Below, in pieces: positions 22,568 through 33,163 of a stretch of DNA of 64,000 nt; the stretch's first letter is position 1, and every line of letters begins with the position of its first letter. Position numbers and translations under genes: made by a program. The DNA is taken from assembly GCA_965644495.1 (NCBI GenBank), contig CBFFSA010000045.1, positions 1-64,000 of the forward strand, read 5' to 3'. Below the pieces are notes generated by a model. It saw only the letters and a program-made list of their open reading frames with translations, searched no databases and had not been told where the DNA came from. This DNA is from Perkinsela sp. CCAP 1560/9 (taxonomy: Eukaryota; Protista; Euglenozoa: Kinetoplastea).

Positions 22568-25500
22568 AAAAACACCCCCGTCGTCTTCAAATTGACTCGT
22601 GCGAAAACTGCCCGCCCCCGAACTGCGCTCCACTGGAACTTGACGAACGCGAAGTTGCAAAGACGCTGAAGAGCTTCAACAGGGGTTCCTCTGCCGGCAC
22701 TATGGGATTACGCCCAGAGCACCTACAGGCAGCACTGCTCGTACACGGAAATGACTTTCTCCGATCCCTCACAAAGCTAACAAATCACCTCCTAGCTGGG
22801 AAGGCACCCTCTGAAGTACAGGCGCACTTCGCAGGGGCGCGCTTATGCGCCCTATCAAAGGGTGAAAATGATGTTCGTCCGATCGCTGCCGGTGAAACCC
22901 TTCGGCGATTAGCGAGCAAAGCCGTATGCAACGCAATCCGACCCAAAGCGAGCGAGCTCTTTGAAGGCAAACAGTACGGAGTGGCAGCTCCAGCCGGGGC
23001 CGAAAGAGTCATTCACATGTGTCGCCTGGCCATGTCGTCCAATATGGAAAACCCGAACTTCGTCATGTGCAAAGTGGACCTACGTAACGCTTTCAATAAC
23101 GTAAGCAGGGCTGCCTTCCTTCCACTAGTACAGGAATATTTCCCGGAACTCTTCCCTTGGATCAATTGGTGCTATTCCGACCCCAGCTCTCTTACCTACG
23201 GGGCCCGATTCATCTCCTCCGAGGAAGGAGTACAACAGGGCGATCCCCTAGGACCATTGCTCTTCTCGTTAGTGGCCCTGGAGCTCTCAGAAGCCATTAA
23301 CCTTCAAACTGATATTCCCGCCCAACTCTGGTATCTCGACGATGGCGTCCTCGTTGGCCAGGCGCAGGAAGTTAGAGACGCCCTAGACACGATCGCCCGA
23401 GTAGGACCTCAATGGGACTTGTATCTCAATACGTCGAAATGCGAAATTATTACTTCCCCCAGCTCGGCCCACCAGGCTGATTACTTCCCAGACATACCCG
23501 ACGAGAAGATCAATTCGCAGGGGAACTTTGACATACTAGGGAGTCCTGTAGGATCCGCCGACCACTGCTCTGCTTATCTTCTTTCTCACGCCCTAGAACC
23601 AGCCGAGGATACCCTCGATGCCATCACCAACATTCAGGACCCCCAGGTCGCGCTTGCCCTAATTCGTCAATGTGCAGGGTTCTGTCAAATGGTGTATGCC
23701 ATGAGAAGCACGCCCCCACAGTCCCTGATTCACCTTTGCTCCCGTTTAGACGACTTTCTCATGACCGCTATAGAGGCAATCATCTGTCCTCTGGACAGGT
23801 CAGCACAATCTCAAGCACAGCGACTGAAGCGTCATGGGGGATTAGGTCTGAGATCCGCAGCTCTCCACGCCTCCGCGGCTTACGTTGCATCCGTCGCCTT
23901 TGCCACAGATTCCTGGGATCCCACAGACGCTGAAGGTTTCTCGGAGGCCATCCTCGACATCAATCAGAAGGCCGGCACTGCTCTCCTCGATCCCCGAGGT
24001 CGTGTTCTCACAACTCCCAACGCCCCATGCGAGAAGGCCCTGAGCGCGCCGTACTCCTACCGGAAGAGAAGGCGCCCTCCGCCAGGGAATGATCCTCACC
24101 CCCCGGACGAGCCTCCGGGACATATTCTTCGTACGACTTCCCGCACGGCCAACACACCCACGGATGCCTACCCACTCTCGACTCCCCTCTACGGTTCTGA
24201 AGAATGCCAGGACATGTTACCCCCACAGTGGCCCAAAGGGAAGATCCCGCGCCAGCGGGTAATCAGTTATGCTATTGCAGCCCATGCCTTTTCCCAGGAA
24301 TATGAGACAACTGACGCACGAACCCGTGCAAGGTGGATCTCCCAGTGTGGCACGGGAGCGAGCAGCTGGGCCTTTGTGACTCCTTCGAAAGACCTTGGGC
24401 ACGCCTTTACCCCCACACAATTCCGAACTTTGGCCCGTTGGTGGTTAGGCGTGGACATCTACCATGAAGATAGCACGTGCCCCATGCCGAAATGCTCGCT
24501 CCCCCTTGACAGCAAAGGGGACCATGCACTGTCTTGCAAACATGGCCATGGTATTGTGACAAGACACAACGCTGTTACGGACCAGTTCGCGGACGTGTGC
24601 AGTCGAGCCCGCCTCGCCCCTCAACGAGAAAAGAGTCTCGGGAACAGGGGCCCAGGCGGGGCCCTCACCAGACCTGGCGACATATACTTGCCCAGCCTTT
24701 TTCTTGGAAATCCCATTGTGCTTGACTTCGCGGTCACCCATGCTCAGCAATTAAAATATACGGACAAAGTCCGAAACGCTAGCTGGGTTGCCGCGGGGTC
24801 ATTTGCCGAACATTATTCCTCAATGGAGAAGGGCAAGCAGCGTCGAGAAGCCGTAGAGGCAGGATGCGACTTTACGGCCATGGTTGTCGAAAGTTATGGC
24901 GCCTGGAGCCCCAGCGCTTCAGCCGTGCTCCGCAAAGTCGGTGAGAGGTGTTCGCACGCCTCGGGGGGTCTCAGAACGGAATCGCTTTATCCTACTGACT
25001 TAAAACCGGAAACAGTAATTAAGACACAGAGAGCTTCCTTAATAGGGCATCTTGTGCGCCATCCTACACCGTTTACTACAGCAGTACTATGGAGAACAAA
25101 TGATGAGGCCTCTAAACCAACATTGTCCGAACGGTGTGCCCACGAACTACACTCTGATGTTACTGAAATTCTACAACTTGGACAAGATCGCCCCACATGG
25201 CGGAAGAAACTGGAAAAACTACAGGTGGAGCTGGAACCACGGCCTTCTTACACAAAGTCTTGTTCTCCTGCTTGGGAAAAAAGTATTAAAAAGATATTGG
25301 AAAACAAGGGCTATCAAACTCTACAGTACGTGGAAGAAAGTAGCACCCCTTTTCCAATAAGCGACTCGGAAACACACTTATATACGGATGGGTCGCTCAT
25401 TCCGGGTACAAAGAAACAACTCCAAGGATGCGGCATAGTAATAATACGAAACAACGAACGTACATTATTCTACGGGACAAGACCTCCGGAAAAATTCTGT

Positions 25501-26343
25501 GATTCCATACAATCTATAGAGGCATATGCTGTTGTCGAGGCAATTTCTCTGGCTAGCAACTACGAGGGAGATGTAATACTTCACACGGATTCAGAGTACA
25601 TATGGGATTTCTTCCACGAAACTGTGCATCGGTATCGGCTCATTGGGTTCCACTCATTCAAAGGGTGCGAAGCAATGCGATCCCTTCAAAACGCTTACTA
25701 CAGTACAAAACATACTAAAAGATTCTACTGTATCAAGGTCAAATCACACAATGAAAATATGTACAACGATACGGCAGATTATTTAGCCAAAAAGGCGTGC
25801 AAGCTGGAAGGAAATGAACTAGCTATAAAATACTACGGGGATATATTGCACGGCAATGCAAAGAGGAAATCAGAGCAAAATAATACCTCAAGATGTCTTA
25901 AAACTCAGAGGACTAGAAAAGGCACAAACCAAAGAGCAGTACCTGTATCTACGGGGCCCCCTTTGTCGGAAAACTCAAACGATTCACGTTCAACGAAACA
26001 ACCCAAACGGAGCATTCGAATAAATGAAAAGAGGACGAAATCTCCCATACGCAAAGCTTCTTTACATAAGAAGACAAAGGGTATCAACTTAATTTCCAGC
26101 CCCCCACAGATAACCAATTCGAACGTAAGCATTGAGGTGAAACGAAATAAACCGCAAATGAAGCGTCTAAAAGATACAAGTTTGGACTTATCATCATCCC
26201 AGACAAAGAGTGAACCAGAAAAAGAAAAGGAGTCACAAAAGCGAGTGAAAAGGACATCAAAGAAAAAACCTTGTTTTACAGCTAAAGGAAAAGACAAGAG
26301 TATAATTGATGTAAAAAAGCATGGAAATAAGCGGGAGAATTAG
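22561..26343 (+). CDS. Reverse transcriptase + RLE endonuclease, fused in frame to an RTE-like thumb + RNase H
   Basis: RT and RLE motifs to about 24970, then LIGHLVR, DRPTW and RNase H motifs (YTDGS, EAYA, HTDSEY, KVKSH, NDTADYLAK). Confidence 0.85.
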   Translation: MLEKHPRRLQIDSCENCPPPNCAPLELDEREVAKTLKSFNRGSSAGTMGLRPEHLQAALLVHGNDFLRSLTKLTNHLLAGKAPSEVQAHFAGARLCALSKGENDVRPIAAGETLRRLASKAVCNAIRPKASELFEGKQYGVAAPAGAERVIHMCRLAMSSNMENPNFVMCKVDLRNAFNNVSRAAFLPLVQEYFPELFPWINWCYSDPSSLTYGARFISSEEGVQQGDPLGPLLFSLVALELSEAINLQTDIPAQLWYLDDGVLVGQAQEVRDALDTIARVGPQWDLYLNTSKCEIITSPSSAHQADYFPDIPDEKINSQGNFDILGSPVGSADHCSAYLLSHALEPAEDTLDAITNIQDPQVALALIRQCAGFCQMVYAMRSTPPQSLIHLCSRLDDFLMTAIEAIICPLDRSAQSQAQRLKRHGGLGLRSAALHASAAYVASVAFATDSWDPTDAEGFSEAILDINQKAGTALLDPRGRVLTTPNAPCEKALSAPYSYRKRRRPPPGNDPHPPDEPPGHILRTTSRTANTPTDAYPLSTPLYGSEECQDMLPPQWPKGKIPRQRVISYAIAAHAFSQEYETTDARTRARWISQCGTGASSWAFVTPSKDLGHAFTPTQFRTLARWWLGVDIYHEDSTCPMPKCSLPLDSKGDHALSCKHGHGIVTRHNAVTDQFADVCSRARLAPQREKSLGNRGPGGALTRPGDIYLPSLFLGNPIVLDFAVTHAQQLKYTDKVRNASWVAAGSFAEHYSSMEKGKQRREAVEAGCDFTAMVVESYGAWSPSASAVLRKVGERCSHASGGLRTESLYPTDLKPETVIKTQRASLIGHLVRHPTPFTTAVLWRTNDEASKPTLSERCAHELHSDVTEILQLGQDRPTWRKKLEKLQVELEPRPSYTKSCSPAWEKSIKKILENKGYQTLQYVEESSTPFPISDSETHLYTDGSLIPGTKKQLQGCGIVIIRNNERTLFYGTRPPEKFCDSIQSIEAYAVVEAISLASNYEGDVILHTDSEYIWDFFHETVHRYRLIGFHSFKGCEAMRSLQNAYYSTKHTKRFYCIKVKSHNENMYNDTADYLAKKACKLEGNELAIKYYGDILHGNAKRKSEQNNTSRCLKTQRTRKGTNQRAVPVSTGPPLSENSNDSRSTKQPKRSIRINEKRTKSPIRKASLHKKTKGINLISSPPQITNSNVSIEVKRNKPQMKRLKDTSLDLSSSQTKSEPEKEKESQKRVKRTSKKKPCFTAKGKDKSIIDVKKHGNKREN

Positions 26344-26653
26344 CCTTACGACATTAACTTTCCGATTTGAGAGATGCTATTGGAGCCTATGCTTCTGTTA
26401 TATTTAAGTTAATTACCATCAGATTTGGTGAATTAAAGAATTACGTTCGCTGACGTGATTGCGGCGGTGAGTTGTCTTATAGTGTTCAAAAGCTAAGTAC
26501 TAATGGTTCATAGAGATCGATTGATTAGGAGGCTTGAAATTGAAAGTCTGTTTGTTTTTGAAAAATTTTCTGTAAGTGTGTTCTGTGTTGATATTTTGAG
26601 GGTGGAAATATTTAGGGGAAATTTTTGAATCCTTTAACTGGGCTAACATCTCA
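24973..26653 (+). mobile_element. 5'-truncated RTE-like non-LTR element 3' end with RNase H
   Basis: GHLxR and DRxxW RTE-type C-terminal motifs, followed by RNase H, a basic tail and a UTR. Boundaries are approximate. Confidence 0.65.
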
Positions 26654-27223
26654 GTGTTGGTTGGTTGGTTGGTTGGGGCTCAAATACCGGAGCATCAGGC
26701 GCCCCCGGCTACACGCGAACAAGTATTGGAGGCGTGCGAATGGCTGCTTCCGGACGAAGCCGCGGGCCTGACCTTGGCGTGGAAGACATGCAGCAGAATA
26801 GACGATGTCAAACATCTGAGGAAATTAGATTTACAAGTGGTAGATCTCGAGCGGAGAATACTGGGAGTAACGTTTCCGACTCACAAAGGGGATCCCTTCA
26901 GAGTAGGGACTGCTATTCCAATGACTTGCAACTTGACGGAGTGGAAAATCTTCATGGACCAATTGGACAAGCTGAAGCCAGAAGACAAGTTCACGACTTT
27001 AACGACGCTGAGAGCCAATGCCGTGCTGAAGCGGGTGAAAGCAGAGTTGTCGGCACATTCTGTAAAAAGAGGGGCTCTAGTATCACTCCTCAGAAAGGGA
27101 GTTCCACTGTCGGTAATACAGCTGTTGGCCAAGCACAAAGATCTGGAGACATTGTGGATATATCCCCCTCGACTGGAAGTGGCCTTGTCCCTAGGGCTAC
27201 AGGACGCGACAAAATTACTGTGA
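26654..27223 (+). CDS. Tyrosine recombinase (5'-truncated) of a VIPER/TATE-like retroelement
   Basis: Catalytic set R (TCSRIDD), K (THKG), HxxR (HSVKR), H (AKH), Y (WIYP). Confidence 0.8.
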   Translation: MLVGWLVGAQIPEHQAPPATREQVLEACEWLLPDEAAGLTLAWKTCSRIDDVKHLRKLDLQVVDLERRILGVTFPTHKGDPFRVGTAIPMTCNLTEWKIFMDQLDKLKPEDKFTTLTTLRANAVLKRVKAELSAHSVKRGALVSLLRKGVPLSVIQLLAKHKDLETLWIYPPRLEVALSLGLQDATKLL

Positions 27224-28977
27224 ACCCAGAAAACACCAAAGGACATGACAAGAAAACTAAATCAGCTGTTTACATACTAAAACGTCAATTACAAGGTAGG
27301 TTCCCCTTGCACATCGGTAAGATCACGCTAGACAGCGATAACATTATAGGCGAACCGAATCCCGAACCTATCTACGTGCATAATTCAACGGACATTGCTA
27401 ACATTGCAACGAAGAAAATTGAAGACACAAACAATCAGTCTATGTCTCGCGGGCAGCTCACCCGACCACCGAGCGTGCGAGCGTACAAAAATCAGGGAAT
27501 AATTGCTCCTATCACAACCACAAGACTGTAATATTCTATACTGAACAATATGAATGACGATGGCAGCCTAGACTTTTTACATCTACTACAGAACGTCAAC
27601 GCCTTTCACGCGCACATGCTGCGTGCACCTAAAGGCAATCGACCAGTGTCTCGATTTATGAGACATCATTTACCAGACTTATTACGCATGGGGGTTGTAG
27701 AGAAGACCGAAGGACCGATAGTAGTACATCGTACCTTTACAGTTCCGAAGAAAGACTCCACACTTCGTCTAATCTGCGATTGTAGGAAACTCAACCGAGT
27801 TTTCGAATGCCCCCCCGCAATGCACCTACCATCCATACATAACGTGATTGAAAATCTGCTAGATTCGGAATGGATGGCTCACGCGGACGCACGGAGTTAC
27901 TTTTACCAATTTTCCCTCGCTCCCGAGATCCGATCCTACTTTGGAGCGGTTTTAGGTCACGCTAGAGGAGAAACATGCAGTATTCAATTTTCTTCCATGC
28001 CCATGGGATGGTCATGGGCCCCGGCTATTGCACAGCGAGTTTCAAATCGCATTGTCCGGGACATTGGATTGGCCTGTGTAGACAATTTTCTTTTGTTCGG
28101 AAAATCCAAGTCAGAAGTAGAAAACCATGCAAAAGAATTTCGCGCCCGAGTCCACGCAGTTCAACTAGAAGTAGATGATCTCACCATGAAGCCACTACAG
28201 GAAGCGTGCGTACTTGGTATTGAATTTGATCTAAAAAATAAGAAGTACCGCATGTCAGAAAAGTGGACTGAAAAGGCGTATTCAAGATACAATGACATAA
28301 TCGGGAATGGGACGTGGACAGCTGTGGAACTGTATACGCTTTCTGGTTTACTAATGTGGAGGGCCACGGTTATGAAAATCCCACTATGCACTTTTGCACA
28401 CCTTCTTCAAACACTAGGAAAAGTTGCCAGAAAAGTGCACGACGAAAAGTCTTGGGAGATCTCCTTCTCTCCGACCGACCACCTGTTAGGCGAACTGACT
28501 GATGCATTTTCCGCACTCAAGCGAAATGTTTGGTTAAAAAAGATAGGTCATATACCCAAAGAAGAAAAGGTGGAAGTTTGGACTGATGCCAGTTCAATCG
28601 CATGGGCTATTCTGTTGTTCAATCAAGGCATTCTCGAAACTGCAAAACAGGGCATGACAAAGCCCGGAGCCCATATATTCTACTCAGAGCTGAGTGCGGC
28701 TCTTGGTGGAATTATGGCAGCAGTCAGAAAAGGACATCGGGACATTCTATTGAACGTCGACAACGCGCCTGTGGCCATGGCCCTCCAGAGGCGGGCAAGC
28801 ACTAACTTCACTGCCAATAGGTGGATGCAGTACATCCCATCAAACACTAACCTGGAAGTAAAGTGGGTACCTACCAACGCCCAAATAGCAGATCCCTTCA
28901 CGGGAAAATCCAGCGCTGAAGAATTGACACCACTGCCCTCCATCGGTACTTATATTGAGAGCCTACGGCGCCCGTAG
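26681..28977 (+). mobile_element. Tyrosine-recombinase (DIRS-order) retrotransposon, VIPER/TATE-like, partial
   Basis: YR upstream of an LTR-type RT/RNase H. No termini recognised. Confidence 0.8.
27550..28977 (+). CDS. RT + RNase H of the YR retrotransposon
   Basis: FTVPKKD..RLICDCRKLN, ADARSYFYQF, MPMGWSWAP, CVDN at the YxDD position; RNase H motifs WTDAS, SEL, VDN, WVPT..IADP. Confidence 0.85.
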   Translation: MNDDGSLDFLHLLQNVNAFHAHMLRAPKGNRPVSRFMRHHLPDLLRMGVVEKTEGPIVVHRTFTVPKKDSTLRLICDCRKLNRVFECPPAMHLPSIHNVIENLLDSEWMAHADARSYFYQFSLAPEIRSYFGAVLGHARGETCSIQFSSMPMGWSWAPAIAQRVSNRIVRDIGLACVDNFLLFGKSKSEVENHAKEFRARVHAVQLEVDDLTMKPLQEACVLGIEFDLKNKKYRMSEKWTEKAYSRYNDIIGNGTWTAVELYTLSGLLMWRATVMKIPLCTFAHLLQTLGKVARKVHDEKSWEISFSPTDHLLGELTDAFSALKRNVWLKKIGHIPKEEKVEVWTDASSIAWAILLFNQGILETAKQGMTKPGAHIFYSELSAALGGIMAAVRKGHRDILLNVDNAPVAMALQRRASTNFTANRWMQYIPSNTNLEVKWVPTNAQIADPFTGKSSAEELTPLPSIGTYIESLRRP

Positions 28978-29151
28978 GGAATTCCGTATTTTCAAAGCAA
29001 ACCATACTTAGACCTCATCTAGTTTGCCCATTAGAAGAAAATAGAAGAACATATAGCACATGGAATGAGTCTAATATTTAATGAGTTACACTTTTGCAAG
29101 AATTGAAGAGTTTAGTTTATCCTATTTTCTAAAACAGACGAAATTAAAATG

Positions 29152-29413
29152 TATGTCCTTTTCTGAAAACCAAAACCTGAGACCACGCGCAGCAGCAGGT
29201 GCGCGCCAAAGTGGATTTATGCACTCGTGAGTGCGCATTCCGAATGTTGATGGATTTGAGTTGCGTGATCCGAGGCACCGCACACGCAAATCGCCGCGAT
29301 TGAAGTCGTGAAGTCGCAAAACTTTGATGCGCCTTTTTCTGAAAACCGAAAGCTGAGACCACGCGCAGCACGCAGGGGCGCGCCAAAGTGGATTTATGCA
29401 CTCGTGAGTGTGC
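29152..29413. repeat. About 1.5 units of the 177-bp satellite
   Basis: Same sequence as 48444-49795. Confidence 0.9.
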
Positions 29414-30622
29414 CTCACGCTTGTCACAAATCCTCAATCAGGCCTCACGCTTGTCACAGAATTTCACTTATTCGAATCTCTGGTTTCACCTTTATTGCTG
29501 TATGGCTGTAGAAACTTTTCCCTAATAAAAAAAGACGCTGATTTAATTGACTGTGAAGTGAACCGAATGAGAAGACTAGCGCTCGGGGTTCGTACTTGGG
29601 ATGGTACAAGATGTACACCATGTGATGCACTATATGGGAACAGAATGCGACTTTCTAACGCATGTCGAGTCCTCCGAGTTCAAATGCTAGGACACCTGAT
29701 CCGCGGCAATAATCCCTTCAAATCGGTAATGCTACGGCGCAAAGCAACAGGAAAGAAATATCGTCCCACTCTATCAGAGGCATGTGCTGAAGACATGGAA
29801 CTAGATGTCGAAGATCTCAATGCCCTAGCGGGAGATCGGGATTGGTGGGCGTCGAGAGTTAAATTTTTGCGTGAATATCTTGAATCTCACAAATCCTACA
29901 TGGTTTTCGGCTCTAGATCCTGGAAGAAGGTATGCCAGGACTTAGATACTACCACCTACAAAGTACTCGAAGGAATTGAAGAAGGCACGGACCATTCTCC
30001 TCTCTCAGCTGATTCCGAACACATATACGTAGATGGGGCTGTCAGTTCAGAAGCAGGAAAACCAGCCGCGGGTTCGGGGATAGTTATTGTTAATTCAAAT
30101 GGTGTAAGAACCAGACAACACGTTTTACCACCGGAATGCACTTCACCGGATCGGGCTGAACTTCGCTCCTTTCTTTTAGGCATTCAGGCAGCTTCGTCTT
30201 CTACGAGGAACACAGTTATACATACTGATTCTCATTATGTATGGGACTGGTATCATAATGTTAGGGTTCGTTTTTCAATCATTGGACACGGTGGCATGCC
30301 AAATGCTGACCTACTCACGCAGATACAAGGAGCAATTAAAGAGCGTTGTACAGATAGTAGTCTCTACGTTATTAAAGTGCGGGCACAATGCGGGAATTCC
30401 TTCAATGAAAAAGCTGATGAAATAGCACGCAAAGCACAGAGAACAGCTGCACGTCGTTTTTCATGCGTCATTCACACGCAAAGGGAGGGAAACAAATCTA
30501 ATCACGGTCAAAAAAGGGAGCATGATCTCCAAGAAAAATCTCCACACAAAGTGAATAATAATAATAATAATAACAAAAGACTATACACATGCAACTTTCA
30601 ACGTACACTCTCCTTAGCGTGA
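29408..30622 (+). pseudogene. 5'-truncated RTE-like element: RT thumb + RNase H (array unit 1)
   Basis: LFESLVSPLLLYGC, MLGHLIR and DRDWW RTE-type motifs, then RNase H (YVDG, RAEL, HTDS, NEKAD). The conserved His is Gln in this copy. Confidence 0.75.
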
Positions 30623-30647
30623 ATATCTTGAATCTCACAAATCCTAC

Positions 30648-31370
30648 ATGGTTTTCGGCTCTAGATCCTGGAAGAAGGTATGCCAGGACTTAGATACTAC
30701 CACCTACAAAGTACTCGAAGGAATTGAAGAAGGCACGGACCATTCTCCTCTCTCAGCTGATTCCGAACACATATACGTAGATGGGGCTGTCAGTTCAGAA
30801 GCAGGAAAACCAGCCGCGGGTTCGGGGATAGTTATTGTTAATTCAAATGGTGTAAGAACCAGACAACACGTTTTACCACCGGAATGCACTTCACCGGATC
30901 GGGCTGAACTTCGCTCCTTTCTTTTAGGCATTCAGGCAGCTTCGTCTTCTACGAGGAACACAGTTATACATACTGATTCTCATTATGTATGGGACTGGTA
31001 TCATAATGTTAGGGTTCGTTTTTCAATCATTGGACACGGTGGCATGCCAAATGCTGACCTACTCACGCAGATACAAGGAGCAATTAAAGAGCGTTGTACA
31101 GATAGTAGTCTCTACGTTATTAAAGTGCGGGCACACTGCGGGAATTCCTTCAATGAAAAAGCTGATGAAATAGCACGCAAAGCACAGAGAACAGCTGCAC
31201 GTCGTTTTTCATGCGTCATTCACACGCAAAGGGAGGGAAACAAATCTAATCACGGTCAAAAAAGGGAGCATGATCTCCAAGAAAAATCTCCACACAAAGT
31301 GAATAATAATAATAATAATAACAAAAGACTATACACATGCAACTTTCAACGTACACTCTCCTTAGCGTGA
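30648..31370 (+). CDS. RNase H1-like domain ORF, unit 2
   Basis: D-E-D-H-D motifs intact. Confidence 0.55.
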   Translation: MVFGSRSWKKVCQDLDTTTYKVLEGIEEGTDHSPLSADSEHIYVDGAVSSEAGKPAAGSGIVIVNSNGVRTRQHVLPPECTSPDRAELRSFLLGIQAASSSTRNTVIHTDSHYVWDWYHNVRVRFSIIGHGGMPNADLLTQIQGAIKERCTDSSLYVIKVRAHCGNSFNEKADEIARKAQRTAARRFSCVIHTQREGNKSNHGQKREHDLQEKSPHKVNNNNNNNKRLYTCNFQRTLSLA

Positions 31371-31395
31371 ATATCTTGAATCTCACAAATCCTAC

Positions 31396-31935
31396 ATGGT
31401 TTTCGGCTCTAGATCCTGGAAGAAGGTATGCCAGGACTTAGATACTACCACCTACAAAGTACTCGAAGGAATTGAAGAAGGCACGGACCATTCTCCTCTC
31501 TCAGCTGATTCCGAACACATATACGTAGATGGGGCTGTCAGTTCAGAAGCAGGAAAACCAGCCGCGGGTTCGGGGATAGTTATTGTTAATTCAAATGGTG
31601 TAAGAACCAGACAACACGTTTTACCACCGGAATGCACTTCACCGGATCGGGCTGAACTTCGCTCCTTTCTTTTAGGCATTCAGGCAGCTTCGTCTTCTAC
31701 GAGGAACACAGTTATACATACTGATTCTCATTATGTATGGGACTGGTATCATAATGTTAGGGTTCGTTTTTCAATCATTGGATACGGTGGCATGCCAAAT
31801 GCTGACCTACTCACGCAGATACAAGGAGCAATTAAAGAGCGTTGTACAGATAGTAGTCTCTACGTTATTAAAGTGCGGGCACACTGCGGGAATTCCTTCA
31901 ATAAAAAAGCTGATGAAATAGCACGCAAAGCATAG
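31396..31935 (+). pseudogene. RNase H ORF, unit 3, premature stop after the domain
   Basis: CAG>TAG at 31933-31935. Confidence 0.55.
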
Positions 31936-32052
31936 AGAACAGCTGCACGTCGTTTTTCATGCGTCATTCACACGCAAAGGGAGGGAAACAAATCTAATCA
32001 CGGTCAAAAAAGGGAGCATGATCTCCAAGAAAAATCTCCACACAAAGTGAAT

Positions 32053-32438
32053 ATGTAAAAAGGGAAACTGAAAAATACAGAAGAAGGCAGCACAGTCAGG
32101 ATTGCTCGTTCACTCAACCCAGAAGCTAATACCGGGGATCCAGTAACGTTTTCTCAGTACAAGACATCACGGGGTAGACTGACGAATGCCCCCATTTTTG
32201 TGAAGAAAAGCCGCTATATGTAATCGAAATTTGCTGTGTATAACTTTGCGCATTAATCTGGAACGCTTATTTTCAGGAGTGTTATGTCCTCTTGGTACAT
32301 TTATTTATCAACGCGTTAATAATATTCTGGAGCATTTATGTATATTTCATTGCTAAATATCCGTACTCATACGAAAACACTGAGTGGGGTACGAAAACAC
32401 TGAGTGGGGATAGTATACGGTGGTTTATTTGGCAAGCA
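32053..32438 (+). repeat. Native 3' tail of the RTE-like element (second copy at 46537-46922)
   Basis: Identical sequence after units 3 and 22, including a tandem 20-mer TACGAAAACACTGAGTGGGG. Confidence 0.85.
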
Positions 32439-33138
32439 GAAGAAGGTATGCCAGGACTTAGATACTACCACCTACAAAGTACTCGAAGGAATTGAAGAAG
32501 GCACGGACAATTCTCCTCTCTCAGCTGATTCCGAACACATATACGTAGATGGGGCTGTCAGTTCAGAAGCAGGAAAACCAGCCGCGGGTTCGGGGATAGT
32601 TATTGTTAATTCAAATGGTGTAAGAACCAGACAACACTTTTTACCACCGGAATGCACTTCACCGGATCGGGCTGAACTTCGCTCCTTTCTTTTAGGCATT
32701 CAGGCAGCTTCGTCTTCTACGAGGAACACAGTTATACATACTGATTCTCATTATGTATGGGACTGGTATCATAATGTTAGGGTTCGTTTTTCAATCATTG
32801 GACACGGTGGCATGCCAAATGCTGACCTACTCACGCAGATACAAGGAGCAATTAAAGAGCGTTGTACAGATAGTAGTCTCTACGTTATTAAAGTGCGGGC
32901 ACACTGCGGGAATTCCTTCAATGAAAAAGCTGATGAAATAGCACGCAAAGCACAGAGAACAGCTGCACGTCGTTTTTCATGCGTCATTCACACGCAAAGG
33001 GAGGGAAACAAATCTAATCACGGTCAAAAAAGGGAGCATGATCTCCAAGAAAAATCTCCACACAAAGTGAATAATAATAATAATAATAACAAAAGACTAT
33101 ACACATGCAACTTTCAACGTACACTCTCCTTAGCGTGA
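32404..33138 (+). CDS. RNase H ORF, unit 4 (chimeric start)
   Basis: The 3' tail joins into KKVCQDL. Confidence 0.4.
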   Translation: MGIVYGGLFGKQKKVCQDLDTTTYKVLEGIEEGTDNSPLSADSEHIYVDGAVSSEAGKPAAGSGIVIVNSNGVRTRQHFLPPECTSPDRAELRSFLLGIQAASSSTRNTVIHTDSHYVWDWYHNVRVRFSIIGHGGMPNADLLTQIQGAIKERCTDSSLYVIKVRAHCGNSFNEKADEIARKAQRTAARRFSCVIHTQREGNKSNHGQKREHDLQEKSPHKVNNNNNNNKRLYTCNFQRTLSLA

Positions 33139-33163
33139 ATATCTTGAATCTCACAAATCCTAC

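Larger units (their letters stand above)
21069..24972 (+). mobile_element. CRE-clade (RLE-type) non-LTR retrotransposon, 3'-truncated, one frameshift
   Basis: Two Zn fingers (CPAQGC..HVACRH; CTSC..HTHSC), RT (QQGDPLGP, WYLDDG), CCHC knuckle (CPMPKC..HALSC) and RLE nuclease (RPGDI..LDFAVTH..VESYGAW). Confidence 0.9.

Noticed and set aside
32170-32215. Hammerhead ribozyme (CTGACGA...GAAA)
   Set aside because: There is no credible stem II, and stems I and III are missing.
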